A stretch of 64,000 bases of DNA from NCBI GenBank assembly GCA_049317705.1, contig JBMOHT010000002.1, positions 2,862 to 66,861 on the forward strand, read 5' to 3'. Source of the DNA: Bacteroidota bacterium (lineage in GTDB: Bacteria; Bacteroidota; Ignavibacteria; UBA10030; UBA8401). The notes under the pieces were generated by a model that was not told the origin of the DNA, made no database searches, and was given only the letters and a program-made list of their open reading frames with translations. The translations under genes were made by a program, and so were the position numbers. Below, piece by piece: positions 25,134 to 35,701 of the stretch (position 1 is its first letter; every line of letters begins with the position of its first letter).

Positions 25134-25550
25134 GTGACCTCGAAATCCCTTGCAAAACTCATCGCCAACGGCGCATTGAGCAAAAAAGCGTTTGATGTGA
25201 CAATTCTCGATCTCCGCAAACTCACCACGATGACGGATTATTTTGTTGTCTGTTCGGTCGATTCCGATACACAGGCACGGGCCGTTGCCGATGCCATTAA
25301 GAACGAAGCGCTGGAAAAAGGCGAGACCTCCGTCCGGAAAGAAGGATATTCCGAAGGACGCTGGGTGCTCCTCGATTTTGTCGATGTGGTAGCACACGTT
25401 TTCTATAAAGAGACCCGCGAATTCTACAATCTGGAAAAATTGTGGGGCGATGCAAAGTTCGAATATGTCAGCGATGAACCGGCTGCCAAGGCGAAGTCCG
25501 AAAAACCGAAAAAGAAACCGACCACCCGAAAGAAGACAGTAAAAAAATGA
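25134..25550 (+). CDS. rsfS: Ribosomal silencing factor RsfS (Iojap family) with a basic C-terminal tail
   Basis: GTG start 6 nt after aaggag. KKAFDVTILDLRKLTTMTDYFVVCSVDSDTQARAV...WVLLDFVDVVAHVF. The tail is AAKAKSEKPKKKPTTRKKTVKK. Confidence 0.85.
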   Translation: MTSKSLAKLIANGALSKKAFDVTILDLRKLTTMTDYFVVCSVDSDTQARAVADAIKNEALEKGETSVRKEGYSEGRWVLLDFVDVVAHVFYKETREFYNLEKLWGDAKFEYVSDEPAAKAKSEKPKKKPTTRKKTVKK

Positions 25551-27196
25551 CCGAACAGCTGCAGCATCAGCTCTCCGCAATCCTTGCCGAATTACAGTAT
25601 CCGGCTGTCGATGTGAAGTTCGATAAACCCAAAGTAGAAGCCCACGGGGATCTGACGACCAATGTCGCGATGGTCCTTGCGAAATCCGTCGGGAAGAATC
25701 CCCGCCAGGTCGCACAATCCATCGTGGACAAACTCACGATCAACGATTCATTCCTCTCGGGAGTTGAGATCGCCGGACCGGGATTCATCAATTTCCGGTT
25801 CTCGAACGGCTACGTGGTGGAAAGTGCCAAGAAGATCCTGAAACAGAACTCTTCTTTCGGAAGATCTGATATCGCTAACGGGAAGAAGACGAATCTCGAA
25901 TGGGTCAGCGCGAATCCGACCGGACTGCTGCATGCAGGACACGGCAGACAGGTGCTGCTCGGACAAGTGATCGCTAATTTGCTGGAGTGGACTGGTCACA
26001 CCGTCACCCGGGAATATTATTTCAACAATGCCGGCAATCAGATGCGGACCCTGGCGGAGAGTATCTATTCCCGCTATCGTCAGGAACTCGGTGATGAATA
26101 TCCTTTTCCCGAAGAGGGATATAAAGGGGAATACATCGTTGATATCGCCAAAGAGATCATCGCGCTGAAAGGGGAATCGCTGAAAGAGAGTGACCCGGAG
26201 CGGACATTCTTCAAAAATTATGGTGAAGAGTGGTGCTTCAAGAAGATCAAGGAGACACTCGCACGGCTTGATGTAAAGCATGATGTGTTCTACAACGAAG
26301 ATTCCCTCTACAAAACGGGTAAGATCACTGAAGTGGTCGAGGAATTCAAAAAGAAGGACCTTGCGTACGACGCTGAAGGCGCGGTCTGGTTCCGTGCAAC
26401 AAAGTTCGGAGCGGACAAGGACAGGGTGATCGTGAAGAGCACCGGTGAGCCGACCTACCGACTGCCTGATATCGCTTATCATCGGGAAAAATTCCGTCGT
26501 GGATTCGAACTGATCGTTGATATCTTCGGCGCTGACCATATTGCGACGATCCCCGATGTGCTGAACGGAGTTCAGGCATTAGGATATGAAACGAAGGATG
26601 TGAAAGTGATCATCCACCAAATGGTCTCGTTCGTGAACGGCGAAGAGATCGTGAAGATGTCCAAGCGGAATGCAAAGACATACACGCTCGACGATCTGAT
26701 CGATGAAGTAGGTGTTGATGCCGTTGCGTATTTCTTCGTGATGCGTTCCGTCGGGACCCACCTGGAATTCGATATCGCCCTTGCGAAGGAACAATCCGAT
26801 AAGAATCCTGTCTATTACCTGCAATATGCCCATGCTCGCATTGCCAGTATTCTCCGCCATGCTGCAACGGACGGTATTGCTGTCGATAACGTCGATTCGA
26901 TGCTTTCCAATACCGATTTTTCCCTTATCAAGGAGAAGGAAGAGATCGATCTGCTCAAGAAACTGTTGGAATTCCCTGAGGTCGTCGAAAGCTGTGCCGG
27001 TTCCTTTGAACCGCACCGGTTGACAACGTATCTCCGCGAAGTAGCGGAGACATTTCATCGTTTCTATCATGAACATCGTGTTATCAATGATGATAAACAG
27101 CTGATGCAGGCCCGGTTGACCGTCTGTTTGATGTCGAAGATCGTCATCGCGAACGGCTGTAAAATTTTAAGTGTATCTTGTCCTGAAAAAATGTAA
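25547..27196 (+). CDS. argS: Arginine--tRNA ligase
   Basis: SANPTGLLHAGHGR (HIGH region), DHIATIPD, MSKRN (KMSK-like), and a C-terminal anticodon-binding domain. ATGA overlap with rsfS. Confidence 0.95.
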   Translation: MTEQLQHQLSAILAELQYPAVDVKFDKPKVEAHGDLTTNVAMVLAKSVGKNPRQVAQSIVDKLTINDSFLSGVEIAGPGFINFRFSNGYVVESAKKILKQNSSFGRSDIANGKKTNLEWVSANPTGLLHAGHGRQVLLGQVIANLLEWTGHTVTREYYFNNAGNQMRTLAESIYSRYRQELGDEYPFPEEGYKGEYIVDIAKEIIALKGESLKESDPERTFFKNYGEEWCFKKIKETLARLDVKHDVFYNEDSLYKTGKITEVVEEFKKKDLAYDAEGAVWFRATKFGADKDRVIVKSTGEPTYRLPDIAYHREKFRRGFELIVDIFGADHIATIPDVLNGVQALGYETKDVKVIIHQMVSFVNGEEIVKMSKRNAKTYTLDDLIDEVGVDAVAYFFVMRSVGTHLEFDIALAKEQSDKNPVYYLQYAHARIASILRHAATDGIAVDNVDSMLSNTDFSLIKEKEEIDLLKKLLEFPEVVESCAGSFEPHRLTTYLREVAETFHRFYHEHRVINDDKQLMQARLTVCLMSKIVIANGCKILSVSCPEKM

Positions 27197-27371
27197 TTTA
27201 TTCCAACAAAACGAGGAATTACCCGCCCAAATTGTTACTGCATTATTGACCGCTTGCTGAAATATTATGCTGTAGGCATGTGGTCCTCACGTCATCTCCG
27301 GTACTGATATTCGTTGGAAATACTGGCAGATTTTGTTAAATTCATAAATTCCACAGTAAATTTTAGGACTG

Positions 27372-28388
27372 ATGAAAAACATTCTCGTTACCGGCGGGGC
27401 CGGTTTTATTGGGAGTAATTTTGTTCATTTCATGCTGAACAAATATCCCGGATATAGGATCATTAATTTTGATACGCTGACATACGCCGGAAATCTTGAG
27501 AATCTGTCTGCGATCGAAAAACATCCCAATTACACGTTTGTCAAAGGCGATATTTGTGACCGCGCTGCGGTACTGAAAGCATTCCGCGATCATGCGATCG
27601 ATTCGGTCGTTCACTTTGCTGCTGAATCCCACGTGGACCGCAGTATCACCGGTCCTGCGATCTTTGTTCATACCAATGTTGTCGGCACGCAGGTCCTGCT
27701 CGATGCAGCCCGCGAGGTCGGTATCGAAAAATTTCTTCATGTCTCAACGGACGAGGTATACGGTTCGCTCGGAGCGACCGGATATTTCACGGAAGAGACT
27801 CCGCTCCATCCCAATAGTCCCTACTCTGCTAGTAAAGCATCCTCCGACATGCTCGTCCTTGCGTATCAGCACACGTTCGGGTTCCCGGGAGTCGTTACTC
27901 GATGCTCGAATAATTACGGTCCGTTCCAATTTCCCGAAAAACTGATCCCGCTGCTGATCGCGAATGCGGTGAATGATAGACCGATACCTGTGTACGGCGA
28001 CGGTTCCAATGTGCGTGATTGGTTGTATGTTGAGGATCATTGTTCGGCTCTTGATGTTGTTCTGCACAACGGGAAAATAGGCGATGTCTATAACATTGGC
28101 GGTCATAATGAGTGGAAGAATATCGATATCGTAAAACTTGTCCTGAAAGAGATCGGCAAACCGGAATCGCTCATCACGTATGTGAAGGACCGGCCGGGGC
28201 ATGACAAGCGGTATGCGATCGATGCAGCAAAGATCAAGGATGAACTGGGTTGGGTCCCTTCATACCAGTTCGAGAGCGGCATCAAGAAGACGATCCAGTG
28301 GTATCTTCAGAACAAGCAGTGGTGGGAGAGGATCATCAGCGGTGATTACAAAAAATATTATGAATCTCAATATTCAGATCGGAAGTGA
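27372..28388 (+). CDS. rfbB: dTDP-glucose 4,6-dehydratase
   Basis: [37 protein letters not shown]. Confidence 0.93.
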   Translation: MKNILVTGGAGFIGSNFVHFMLNKYPGYRIINFDTLTYAGNLENLSAIEKHPNYTFVKGDICDRAAVLKAFRDHAIDSVVHFAAESHVDRSITGPAIFVHTNVVGTQVLLDAAREVGIEKFLHVSTDEVYGSLGATGYFTEETPLHPNSPYSASKASSDMLVLAYQHTFGFPGVVTRCSNNYGPFQFPEKLIPLLIANAVNDRPIPVYGDGSNVRDWLYVEDHCSALDVVLHNGKIGDVYNIGGHNEWKNIDIVKLVLKEIGKPESLITYVKDRPGHDKRYAIDAAKIKDELGWVPSYQFESGIKKTIQWYLQNKQWWERIISGDYKKYYESQYSDRK

Positions 28389-28394
28389 TCGTCC

Positions 28395-29999
28395 ATGAAC
28401 TATAAAAGAATAGTTTTTCTCAGCATGCTCCTGCTTGCCGTTTCGGCCTCATACGGTCAAACTCAGGATAATGATGAAGACACGAAGAAGACATCACAGA
28501 AAACGCCTCAGCAGCAATCCCCGGGAGCGATAGTCTCTGTCGTCATGGATGGTCCGGTCGATGTGAAAGAATACATAGTCGGTCCCGGTGATATTTTCAA
28601 TGTGGGTATTTGGGCAACGGTGCCGATGAACTTTCAGGTGCCGGTCACTCCCGAAGGGACCGTGATCATTCCGACGGTCAACGAGGTCTCGGTCAGCGGT
28701 TTGACGCTGGAAGCGGCGAAAAAACTGGTGCTGAGCGAGATCAAGAAGAAATATATCTCCGGCGCGGCTTCGTTCACGCTGTTCGTTCCCCGTACCTTTA
28801 TGGTCACGATCAAGGGAGCGGTGAAAGAGGAAGGGAAGCGGTATGCGCAGGCGACACAACGGGTGGACATGGTCGTGAACTTCCGCAAGACGGAAAAAGA
28901 ACCGATCGACACGATGATCGCTCAGAGGAACATCACCCTGATCCATACGGATGGCACCAGGCAATCGGTGGATATCGAGAAGTACTATGCGACACGCAGG
29001 AAAGAGCTCAATCCTCTGCTGCGGGACGGCGATATTATCATCGTTCCGCCCAAGACGCTTATGAGGAACTTTGTCGCCGTTTACGGTGCTGTGAACAAAC
29101 AGGGATCATTCGAATATTCGGAAGGGGACAGTCTGCTGGGGATGCTTTCGATCGCTCGAGGATTGTCGAAGATCGCGGACAGCAGTAATATCGTGATCAC
29201 ACGGTATACAGAAGGTTCGTCTCCCGAGCGTATCAAGATCGATCTTGCCGCGATTGCGGCCGGTTCCTCGAGGGATGTTGTACTGAAACGCGGGGACAGG
29301 ATCGTTGTCTACGAGCGCTATATCTCTCAGCGGTCCGCCAGCGTTAATGTGACCGGTGAAGTGAAATACCCGGGTGTTTATCCCATCACCAAAGATTCCA
29401 CTTTCGTCTCTGAGATCATTGAAGCAGCGGGAGGAATGACACCGTATGCATCGCTGAAGAATTCTCAGTTGTACAGGCGTTCTGTCAATTATTATGATAT
29501 CGCCATTGAACGGCTGGAAAGCGGACGCGGCGGTATCACACCGGAAGACAGCGCATACTACTATCTGGAAACGGACATCAGGATCAACCGTGAGCTGGTC
29601 GTAATGGATTTCACCGAACTGATCGAAAAGAACAATGCGGCGAAGGATGTTATGCTGCGCGACGGTGATGAGATCCACATTTCTGCAAAGAAACGCACTG
29701 TCTATGTGTTCGGCCAGGTCGTGAACCCCGGACACATTTTGTTCTCACCGGGGAAGGATGTGAACTATTACATCAACCTGGCGGGCGGTATTACCCTTGA
29801 TGCTCGGAGTGATCTGAAGATCATTAAAGCGGCGACCCGTCAATGGCTCGATCCAAATAAGACGATGATCGAAGAGGGGGATTATGTCTGGGTCCCGAAG
29901 GAGCCTTACCGTCCATTCGGGTATTATTTGACGATCTACAGTCAGGTCTTCGGCATTGTTGCCACCGTGGTCAGTTTAGCATTGTTAGTGACGAAATAG
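28395..29999 (+). CDS. Polysaccharide export protein (Wza-like, multiple SLBB/soluble-ligand-binding beta-grasp repeats, C-terminal TM helix)
   Basis: Signal peptide. The repeated units are YIVGPGDIFNVGIW, LRDGDIIIVP, LKRGDRIVV, LRDGDEIHI, IEEGDYVWVP. The hydrophobic C-terminus is IVATVVSLALLV. Confidence 0.8.
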   Translation: MNYKRIVFLSMLLLAVSASYGQTQDNDEDTKKTSQKTPQQQSPGAIVSVVMDGPVDVKEYIVGPGDIFNVGIWATVPMNFQVPVTPEGTVIIPTVNEVSVSGLTLEAAKKLVLSEIKKKYISGAASFTLFVPRTFMVTIKGAVKEEGKRYAQATQRVDMVVNFRKTEKEPIDTMIAQRNITLIHTDGTRQSVDIEKYYATRRKELNPLLRDGDIIIVPPKTLMRNFVAVYGAVNKQGSFEYSEGDSLLGMLSIARGLSKIADSSNIVITRYTEGSSPERIKIDLAAIAAGSSRDVVLKRGDRIVVYERYISQRSASVNVTGEVKYPGVYPITKDSTFVSEIIEAAGGMTPYASLKNSQLYRRSVNYYDIAIERLESGRGGITPEDSAYYYLETDIRINRELVVMDFTELIEKNNAAKDVMLRDGDEIHISAKKRTVYVFGQVVNPGHILFSPGKDVNYYINLAGGITLDARSDLKIIKAATRQWLDPNKTMIEEGDYVWVPKEPYRPFGYYLTIYSQVFGIVATVVSLALLVTK

Positions 30000-30030
30000 T
30001 TCTCACCATCAACCATTTGAAAAGATCCTT

Positions 30031-31119
30031 ATGCCGGAATCAAATTTTTCAACACCATCAGTCTATAAAGTGACCGAGATCCTGGATTTCCTGAAGTTCT
30101 GGAGAAGGACGATATTGCTGTTCTTCGGCATCGCCACTGCCGCGGGTTTGATCGCGGCATTCCTGGTCTCCAGGCAGTACAAATCCGTCGCCCGCGTCAT
30201 ACCGCCCAAAGAGAGCAATGTCCTGAACAGTTTGAGCGGCATGTCCAGCCTGATGCGTTCACTCCCGGTCGGCATTGGCAGTCTGGGCGGAAAACACGGT
30301 TCGGAGGATCTAGATTTTATCGCCGTTACGAAGAGCAGAACGGTGCAGGAAGAGATCGTCACGAAGTTCGATCTGAAGAGGATCTATGAGGTCTCGGATA
30401 GTTCTATGGAGAAGACGCTGAAGATCTTCCAATCGAACATCGAGATCGATTGGACAGAAGAGAATGTGCTTGAGATCAGAGTATGGGACGAGGACAGTAA
30501 GAGAGCGATGGATATCGCCAACTATTATGTTGAACTGCTCAACAGAAGGAGTTATGAACTGTACACCAACGAAGCCCGGTACAATCGTCTTTTCATCGAA
30601 CAGCGTGTCGAGAAGAACAAGAACGATCTGAAGAATGCGGAAGAGGATCTGAAGGCGTATCAGGAGAAGACCAAGACATTCATCCCGCCGAGCACCGATG
30701 CCGCCACCATGTCCGGATTCGGTGAGCTGGTGGTGATGAAGACCAAGAAGGAGATCGAAGCGGCCTTCCTGAAGAAATCCCTCGGTGAACAGCATCCTCA
30801 GTATCAGCAGGTGCAGATGGAACTCGAGACCCTGGATAAAAAGATGAGCGATCTTCCTAATGTCGGACTTTCCTATTTCCGTCTGATCAGACAGGTGCTC
30901 ATTCAGCAGAAGATCATGGAGACCATCATCCCGCTGTATGAACAGGCGAAGATCAACGAACATAAGGACATCCCTGCGGCCTATATCCTCGATTCCGCAA
31001 TTCAAGGGGAGCGTCCCGACCGTCCGAAACGATCGGCCGTCGTAGCGATCTCATCTTTCATGGGATTGCTGCTTGCCGGTGCGTATATCCTCTATAAGAT
31101 CCATTTTTCGCGGCAATAG
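30031..31119 (+). CDS. Polysaccharide co-polymerase / chain-length determinant (Wzz-type), no kinase domain
   Basis: N-terminal TM helix plus YKSVARVIPPK (Wzz motif region), a long coiled-coil periplasmic domain, and a second TM helix at the C-terminus. No Walker A/B tyrosine-kinase module is present. Confidence 0.75.
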   Translation: MPESNFSTPSVYKVTEILDFLKFWRRTILLFFGIATAAGLIAAFLVSRQYKSVARVIPPKESNVLNSLSGMSSLMRSLPVGIGSLGGKHGSEDLDFIAVTKSRTVQEEIVTKFDLKRIYEVSDSSMEKTLKIFQSNIEIDWTEENVLEIRVWDEDSKRAMDIANYYVELLNRRSYELYTNEARYNRLFIEQRVEKNKNDLKNAEEDLKAYQEKTKTFIPPSTDAATMSGFGELVVMKTKKEIEAAFLKKSLGEQHPQYQQVQMELETLDKKMSDLPNVGLSYFRLIRQVLIQQKIMETIIPLYEQAKINEHKDIPAAYILDSAIQGERPDRPKRSAVVAISSFMGLLLAGAYILYKIHFSRQ

Positions 31120-31131
31120 ATTTTCACTGAA

Positions 31132-32523
31132 TTGAGATCAATGCTGCCATCCGACACATCATTGTCCCAGGTCTATCCTCAACGGTTCGCTCTGTTATCG
31201 TACCGTCTTGTCGGTATCTTCGGGTTCACATGCTTCCTGCTCACAGTGGCGGCGATCATCTATTTCGATGATATTCAGATCACGGACTTTACTTCGCAGG
31301 AGGTTCCGACGATCTACAATATGCGTATCGCCGGATTCAAGATCCTTGACTTCATTTCGCTTTCGCTGTTCTCCATCGTGATCTGCGCCGTCGTCCTGAA
31401 AGGGACATTCGAAGTGAACATCTTCCATCGGACATTTTTCATCCTGTTGGGCATATATTGTTATGCGGGATTCGTGGGATTCATCTATAGCTTCATCTAT
31501 CAGTATGATTATGTAGTGTGGATGCGCGACTTTCAGCAGATCATCTATTATTTCGGATTTTTTCTGATCACCTATATTTTCCTTGATTCGAAACGGAAGT
31601 GGAATGTCTTCGTGATCTCGCTTGTAACATTCATGGCGCTCAAGAATGTCTTCATCACGTATAAGACCTTCATGGGAGAAGGGAAGATATTCGGCGACTG
31701 GGCGATCCGTGCTTCGCAAAATTCGGAATTCGCCTATTTTCCTATGATGTTCTTTTCGCTCTTTGCCCTGATCCTGTATCGGAAGAATACCGCTCTGAAG
31801 ATCGCCGTCGGACTGATCGTGTTCCTGTACCTGTTCAATTCACTCATCGGCATCTACCGAACGGTGTGGGTGATCCTGATCCTCGGGACCATGTATTTCT
31901 TCACCCTCCTGACCCCGATGGTCCGGAGGAGGACATCGGTATATATGATCGTCTTCATCTCGCTTGCACTGATGATCATTTCCGCCATCTTCCCTCGTTT
32001 TTTAGCGCTGGCATGGAACTACAAATTCGCTTCCATCTTTGAATGGAAAGTTGAGGGCGACCGCTCGAACGCCACGCGCGTCATCGAGATCATGAATGTG
32101 TTCGATTATATCTTCCGGCACTACAGTTTCCTGCAGGGACTTGGACTGGGTGCTTTTTGGGATGATGCTGCCCGCCGGCTTCTGCCGGACGGCGGTTCCG
32201 GTTTCATGTTCAAGACGCGGTTCTACACCACACATATGTTCATGCTGACGCAATTTTTGAAGCTGGGATTTGTTGCAACATTCATCTATTGGTTCTCGAT
32301 CGGTAAATTGTTCTTGTACATCCTACGGCGGATCAAAGCGATTCCATGGGAGCGGTGGGAAAAATGCATCCTCATCGGCATGCATGTCGGTTTTTTTTGC
32401 GGTTATATCTCGAATGCTGATTTTGTGAGGATGTTCCTGCTGATGGGGATCAACCTTGGTCTCACGGCGAGGTATTTTTCCCTTGAGGATGAACAATTCG
32501 GAACGACGACGGTACCCGCGTGA
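31132..32523 (+). CDS. O-antigen polymerase/ligase-like (Wzy-type) membrane protein
   Basis: Polytopic, at least 10 TM helices, with a large late periplasmic loop (WKVEGDRSNATR...FLQGLGLGAFWDD). TTG at 31132 or ATG at 31141. Confidence 0.6.
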   Translation: MRSMLPSDTSLSQVYPQRFALLSYRLVGIFGFTCFLLTVAAIIYFDDIQITDFTSQEVPTIYNMRIAGFKILDFISLSLFSIVICAVVLKGTFEVNIFHRTFFILLGIYCYAGFVGFIYSFIYQYDYVVWMRDFQQIIYYFGFFLITYIFLDSKRKWNVFVISLVTFMALKNVFITYKTFMGEGKIFGDWAIRASQNSEFAYFPMMFFSLFALILYRKNTALKIAVGLIVFLYLFNSLIGIYRTVWVILILGTMYFFTLLTPMVRRRTSVYMIVFISLALMIISAIFPRFLALAWNYKFASIFEWKVEGDRSNATRVIEIMNVFDYIFRHYSFLQGLGLGAFWDDAARRLLPDGGSGFMFKTRFYTTHMFMLTQFLKLGFVATFIYWFSIGKLFLYILRRIKAIPWERWEKCILIGMHVGFFCGYISNADFVRMFLLMGINLGLTARYFSLEDEQFGTTTVPA

Positions 32524-33797
32524 AGTGGTCGAATGGAAACATCTGGAATAACAGCATATTGTTGCTGATCAGCAGGGTGCTTGCAAAATTGGCGACTATG
32601 GGCGTCGTTGTCGTCACTGCCCGGTGCCTTGGTGTGGAAGGATTCGGTATCTTCAACAGCGTCATCGCTGTTTCCATGTTTGCCGGGATCGTTTCTGAGT
32701 TCGGATTGATGATGCCCACGATCAGGAGTATCTCAAATTCCGATACGAAGGATGGATCGGTCGTTGTGCGGTCATTGTCATTCCGCATCATCGCTTCTGC
32801 CGGAGCTTGCATCCTGACCGTATTCGCCGGATGGTATGTTGCATTGGACCCGCTCGTGATATTGATCCTGAGTATCGCGTCGGTATTTGAACTCAACGGT
32901 ACTACGCTCATCAGATCCTTCGAGGGTGTGAATGATTTTCGTCTCGTATCGGTCTATACGGTGATCGAACGGCTATTGTATGGATCGATCGTCATTATCT
33001 CCGCACTGTTGTTCCGGTCGGTCACGGCGCTGTCCATCGGCATTCTGCTCGCCGACTCGATCTATGTGGCGGTAGCATATTCAGCATTTCAACGCCGATT
33101 TGGGAGGATCACGTTTGTCTTCACCGTGAAGGACCTCCGGGAATATGCGTTGATGGGATTGCCGTTCCTGTTGACGACGGTCTTCAGTAATGTGTATTAT
33201 AAGATCGATACTATCCTGATAGGGCATCTGGCGTCCATGCAGGATGTCGGGATCTATAATGCCGGGATGCGGATATTAGATGCTCAGATGATGGTCCCCA
33301 TCACTGTGATGACCAGTGTGTTCCCGCAATTATCACTGTTGTTCCATCAACGGTCTGCGGAATATGGAGCAACGGTGAAGAAATATCTGTTGTTCATGAC
33401 CTCGGCCGGGATCATCTTTTCCGTTTTGACATTTGCGGTAGCCGGCGTCATCGTTCCGTTGCTCTATTCGGAGAGTTATACCAATGCGATCAACATCCTT
33501 CAGATATTGTCGTTGATGCTGGTGTTCTTCTTCATCAATGCGCTTTTATTTCAGACACTGATTTCCATGCATAAGGAACTCGTGTTCACGGGGATCATGC
33601 TGTTCAGCGCGGCAGCAAGCCTGATCCTGAATGTGCTGTTGATTCCCAGGTACGGCATTGTCGCATCGGCCTGGGTGCGGGTTGCCATTGAATCGTCCAC
33701 CTGTATCTTTGCGGGGGCATATATCTTTTCCCGGCTGAGCAGCGTGTCAGTACAAGACCATAACGCCCATGAAAGGTCCGGGATCCATAGACTATGA
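32520..33797 (+). CDS. Polysaccharide flippase (Wzx / MOP superfamily)
   Basis: 425 aa, about 12 TM helices. GTGA overlap with the upstream gene. Typical Wzx organisation (ARCLGVEGFGIFN..., GIYNAGMRILD). Confidence 0.72.
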   Translation: MKWSNGNIWNNSILLLISRVLAKLATMGVVVVTARCLGVEGFGIFNSVIAVSMFAGIVSEFGLMMPTIRSISNSDTKDGSVVVRSLSFRIIASAGACILTVFAGWYVALDPLVILILSIASVFELNGTTLIRSFEGVNDFRLVSVYTVIERLLYGSIVIISALLFRSVTALSIGILLADSIYVAVAYSAFQRRFGRITFVFTVKDLREYALMGLPFLLTTVFSNVYYKIDTILIGHLASMQDVGIYNAGMRILDAQMMVPITVMTSVFPQLSLLFHQRSAEYGATVKKYLLFMTSAGIIFSVLTFAVAGVIVPLLYSESYTNAINILQILSLMLVFFFINALLFQTLISMHKELVFTGIMLFSAAASLILNVLLIPRYGIVASAWVRVAIESSTCIFAGAYIFSRLSSVSVQDHNAHERSGIHRL

Positions 33798-34633
33798 AGA
33801 ATTATCTCTCTATCATCCTTCGTCATCCTCGTCCGGTGAAATTTCTTCTCTCGAGGATTCTCATGAAACTGGGGATCTCGGAACGGATACTCATCCGGTA
33901 TCCCGAGTATTCACTGCGGTTCTATCCCACGCCGCAGATCGCGCAGATGTGGATCGATGCGGCATATTCCCGGTCCGAAGAGAAGTTCATCAGGGATTTT
34001 GTGAAGAACGGCGACAACGTTATCGACATCGGAGCGAATATCGGTCTGATCACACTGCTCTGTGCTCGGATCACCGGACCAACGGGGAGCGTCACCGCGA
34101 TCGAGGCCAATCCGAGGATATTCTCGTATCTTCGCGGTAATGTTGCGCTCAATGCTTTCGGCCATGTGACCTGTTTCAATTATGGAGTGTCGAATACTTC
34201 GGGCAGCCTGCTGTTCACCGACAATTCGTGGGACGAGATCAATTCTGTCGTGCAGGGGAAGGATCAACAGGGAACGATCACGATACCGGCAGAACGGCTT
34301 GATTCCATCGTTCCGCAAATCGATTCGGTCTCTCTGCTGAAGATCGATGTGGAAGGGTTCGAGAAGTTCGTCCTTGAAGGGGCGGAAGGGATCCTTCGCA
34401 GGACCCGGTGCATTTATTTTGAATACAATGCAGGACACTACACAAAATACGGCTATGCGTTGAGTGATATCTATGATCTGCTCCGTCAGGGACAATTCAC
34501 CTTATACCGTTTTGTTACAACGGATTCGTTGACCAATTTGGTCCGCGAGTATAGTTCGGAGGTCACCGAGAATTTTATTGCTGTCAGGGAACCGGAATTA
34601 TTGACATCCAGAACAGGATATAGCATCGTATGA
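33794..34633 (+). CDS. FkbM-family SAM-dependent methyltransferase
   Basis: VIDIGANIGLITL, NSGSLLF-like block, LLKIDVEGFEKFVLEGA. ATGA overlap. Confidence 0.8.
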   Translation: MKNYLSIILRHPRPVKFLLSRILMKLGISERILIRYPEYSLRFYPTPQIAQMWIDAAYSRSEEKFIRDFVKNGDNVIDIGANIGLITLLCARITGPTGSVTAIEANPRIFSYLRGNVALNAFGHVTCFNYGVSNTSGSLLFTDNSWDEINSVVQGKDQQGTITIPAERLDSIVPQIDSVSLLKIDVEGFEKFVLEGAEGILRRTRCIYFEYNAGHYTKYGYALSDIYDLLRQGQFTLYRFVTTDSLTNLVREYSSEVTENFIAVREPELLTSRTGYSIV

Positions 34634-35658
34634 TGACACCGCCGGACATACGGAATAAGCCGGTCGTGCCTGTCTCACTCATCACAACGATGTATAACGA
34701 AGAGAAATCCGTCAATGATTTTCTCCGTTCGGTCATTGCGATGACGGTCCTGCCGAAAGAGATCGTGATCGTCGACGGTGGTTCGAAGGACCGGACGCAG
34801 GAATTTCTGACCGAATTCTCGAACGAATATCGCGGCATTATGGAGATCAGGATCATCATCGATCCCACCTGTACGATCTACCATACTCCTGCTCCGATCG
34901 CGAAAGGAAGGAACATCGCGATCGCGGCAGCACAATTTCCGGTCATTGCTGTGACCGATGCGGGATGTATCGTTGCCGAAGCATGGCTGGACGAAATAAC
35001 CCGTCCGTTCTTTGCATCAGAGGATGTGGATTTTGTCGCCGGCTGGTATGAACCGCTGGCCAAATCGTTCTTCGAAGAATGCCAGGCAGCAGCAACATTT
35101 CCGGCAGTGCGGACGGTGAATGTGGAGACATTTCTGCCGTCATCCAGATCCGTCGCTTTCCGAAAATCTCTGTGGTCCGCTGTGGGAGGATATCCGGAAC
35201 TGGCGCTTGGCGGAGAGGATACGCTGTTCGATCTGAAGATCAAAGCTGTAGCCAGGAAACGCGTTTTCGCCGCCGCCGCCGTTGTATACTGGAGACTGCG
35301 GCCCAATTATCGTGTGTTCATGAAACTCGTGTATCGTTACGGATTCGGTGACGGGTTCAGCAGAATATTGATGATGAATGCAGTAAAGAATATCATAAAG
35401 CTTGGCGTCGTTCTGGTATTGGCGGTGTTGAGTGCAGTTCATTCTTTGGCATGGATGGTTCCGCTCTTCATGGTTCTCTGGCTCCTTCCGTTCATCGGTC
35501 ATATTCGGGGAGCATTCGTAATTCGTGATATCAAAAAGTATCCGTTGATCTCCTTATTGAAGATCAGTGCCAATACGGCATACCTCACGGGGTATTTCGT
35601 AGGACTTGCAACGAAAGAACATCCTACATTTGAAAAAGTGAACGACCACGCTCATTAG
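34630..35658 (+). CDS. Glycosyltransferase family 2 with C-terminal TM segments
   Basis: PVSLITTMYNEEKSV, IVIVDGGSKDRT, VTDAGC, GGEDTLF. Confidence 0.8.
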   Translation: MMTPPDIRNKPVVPVSLITTMYNEEKSVNDFLRSVIAMTVLPKEIVIVDGGSKDRTQEFLTEFSNEYRGIMEIRIIIDPTCTIYHTPAPIAKGRNIAIAAAQFPVIAVTDAGCIVAEAWLDEITRPFFASEDVDFVAGWYEPLAKSFFEECQAAATFPAVRTVNVETFLPSSRSVAFRKSLWSAVGGYPELALGGEDTLFDLKIKAVARKRVFAAAAVVYWRLRPNYRVFMKLVYRYGFGDGFSRILMMNAVKNIIKLGVVLVLAVLSAVHSLAWMVPLFMVLWLLPFIGHIRGAFVIRDIKKYPLISLLKISANTAYLTGYFVGLATKEHPTFEKVNDHAH

Positions 35659-35701
35659 TGTTTGGAGCGTGGAGTGTTCGGGAATATTATATCTCAAACT
35701 A

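Noticed and set aside
27197-27371. A promoter or JUMPStart/ops-type element ahead of the polysaccharide locus.
   Set aside because: I found no GGCGGTAG ops motif. Candidate Bacteroidota-style -33/-7 boxes are only partial matches, so I cannot support a call from sequence alone.
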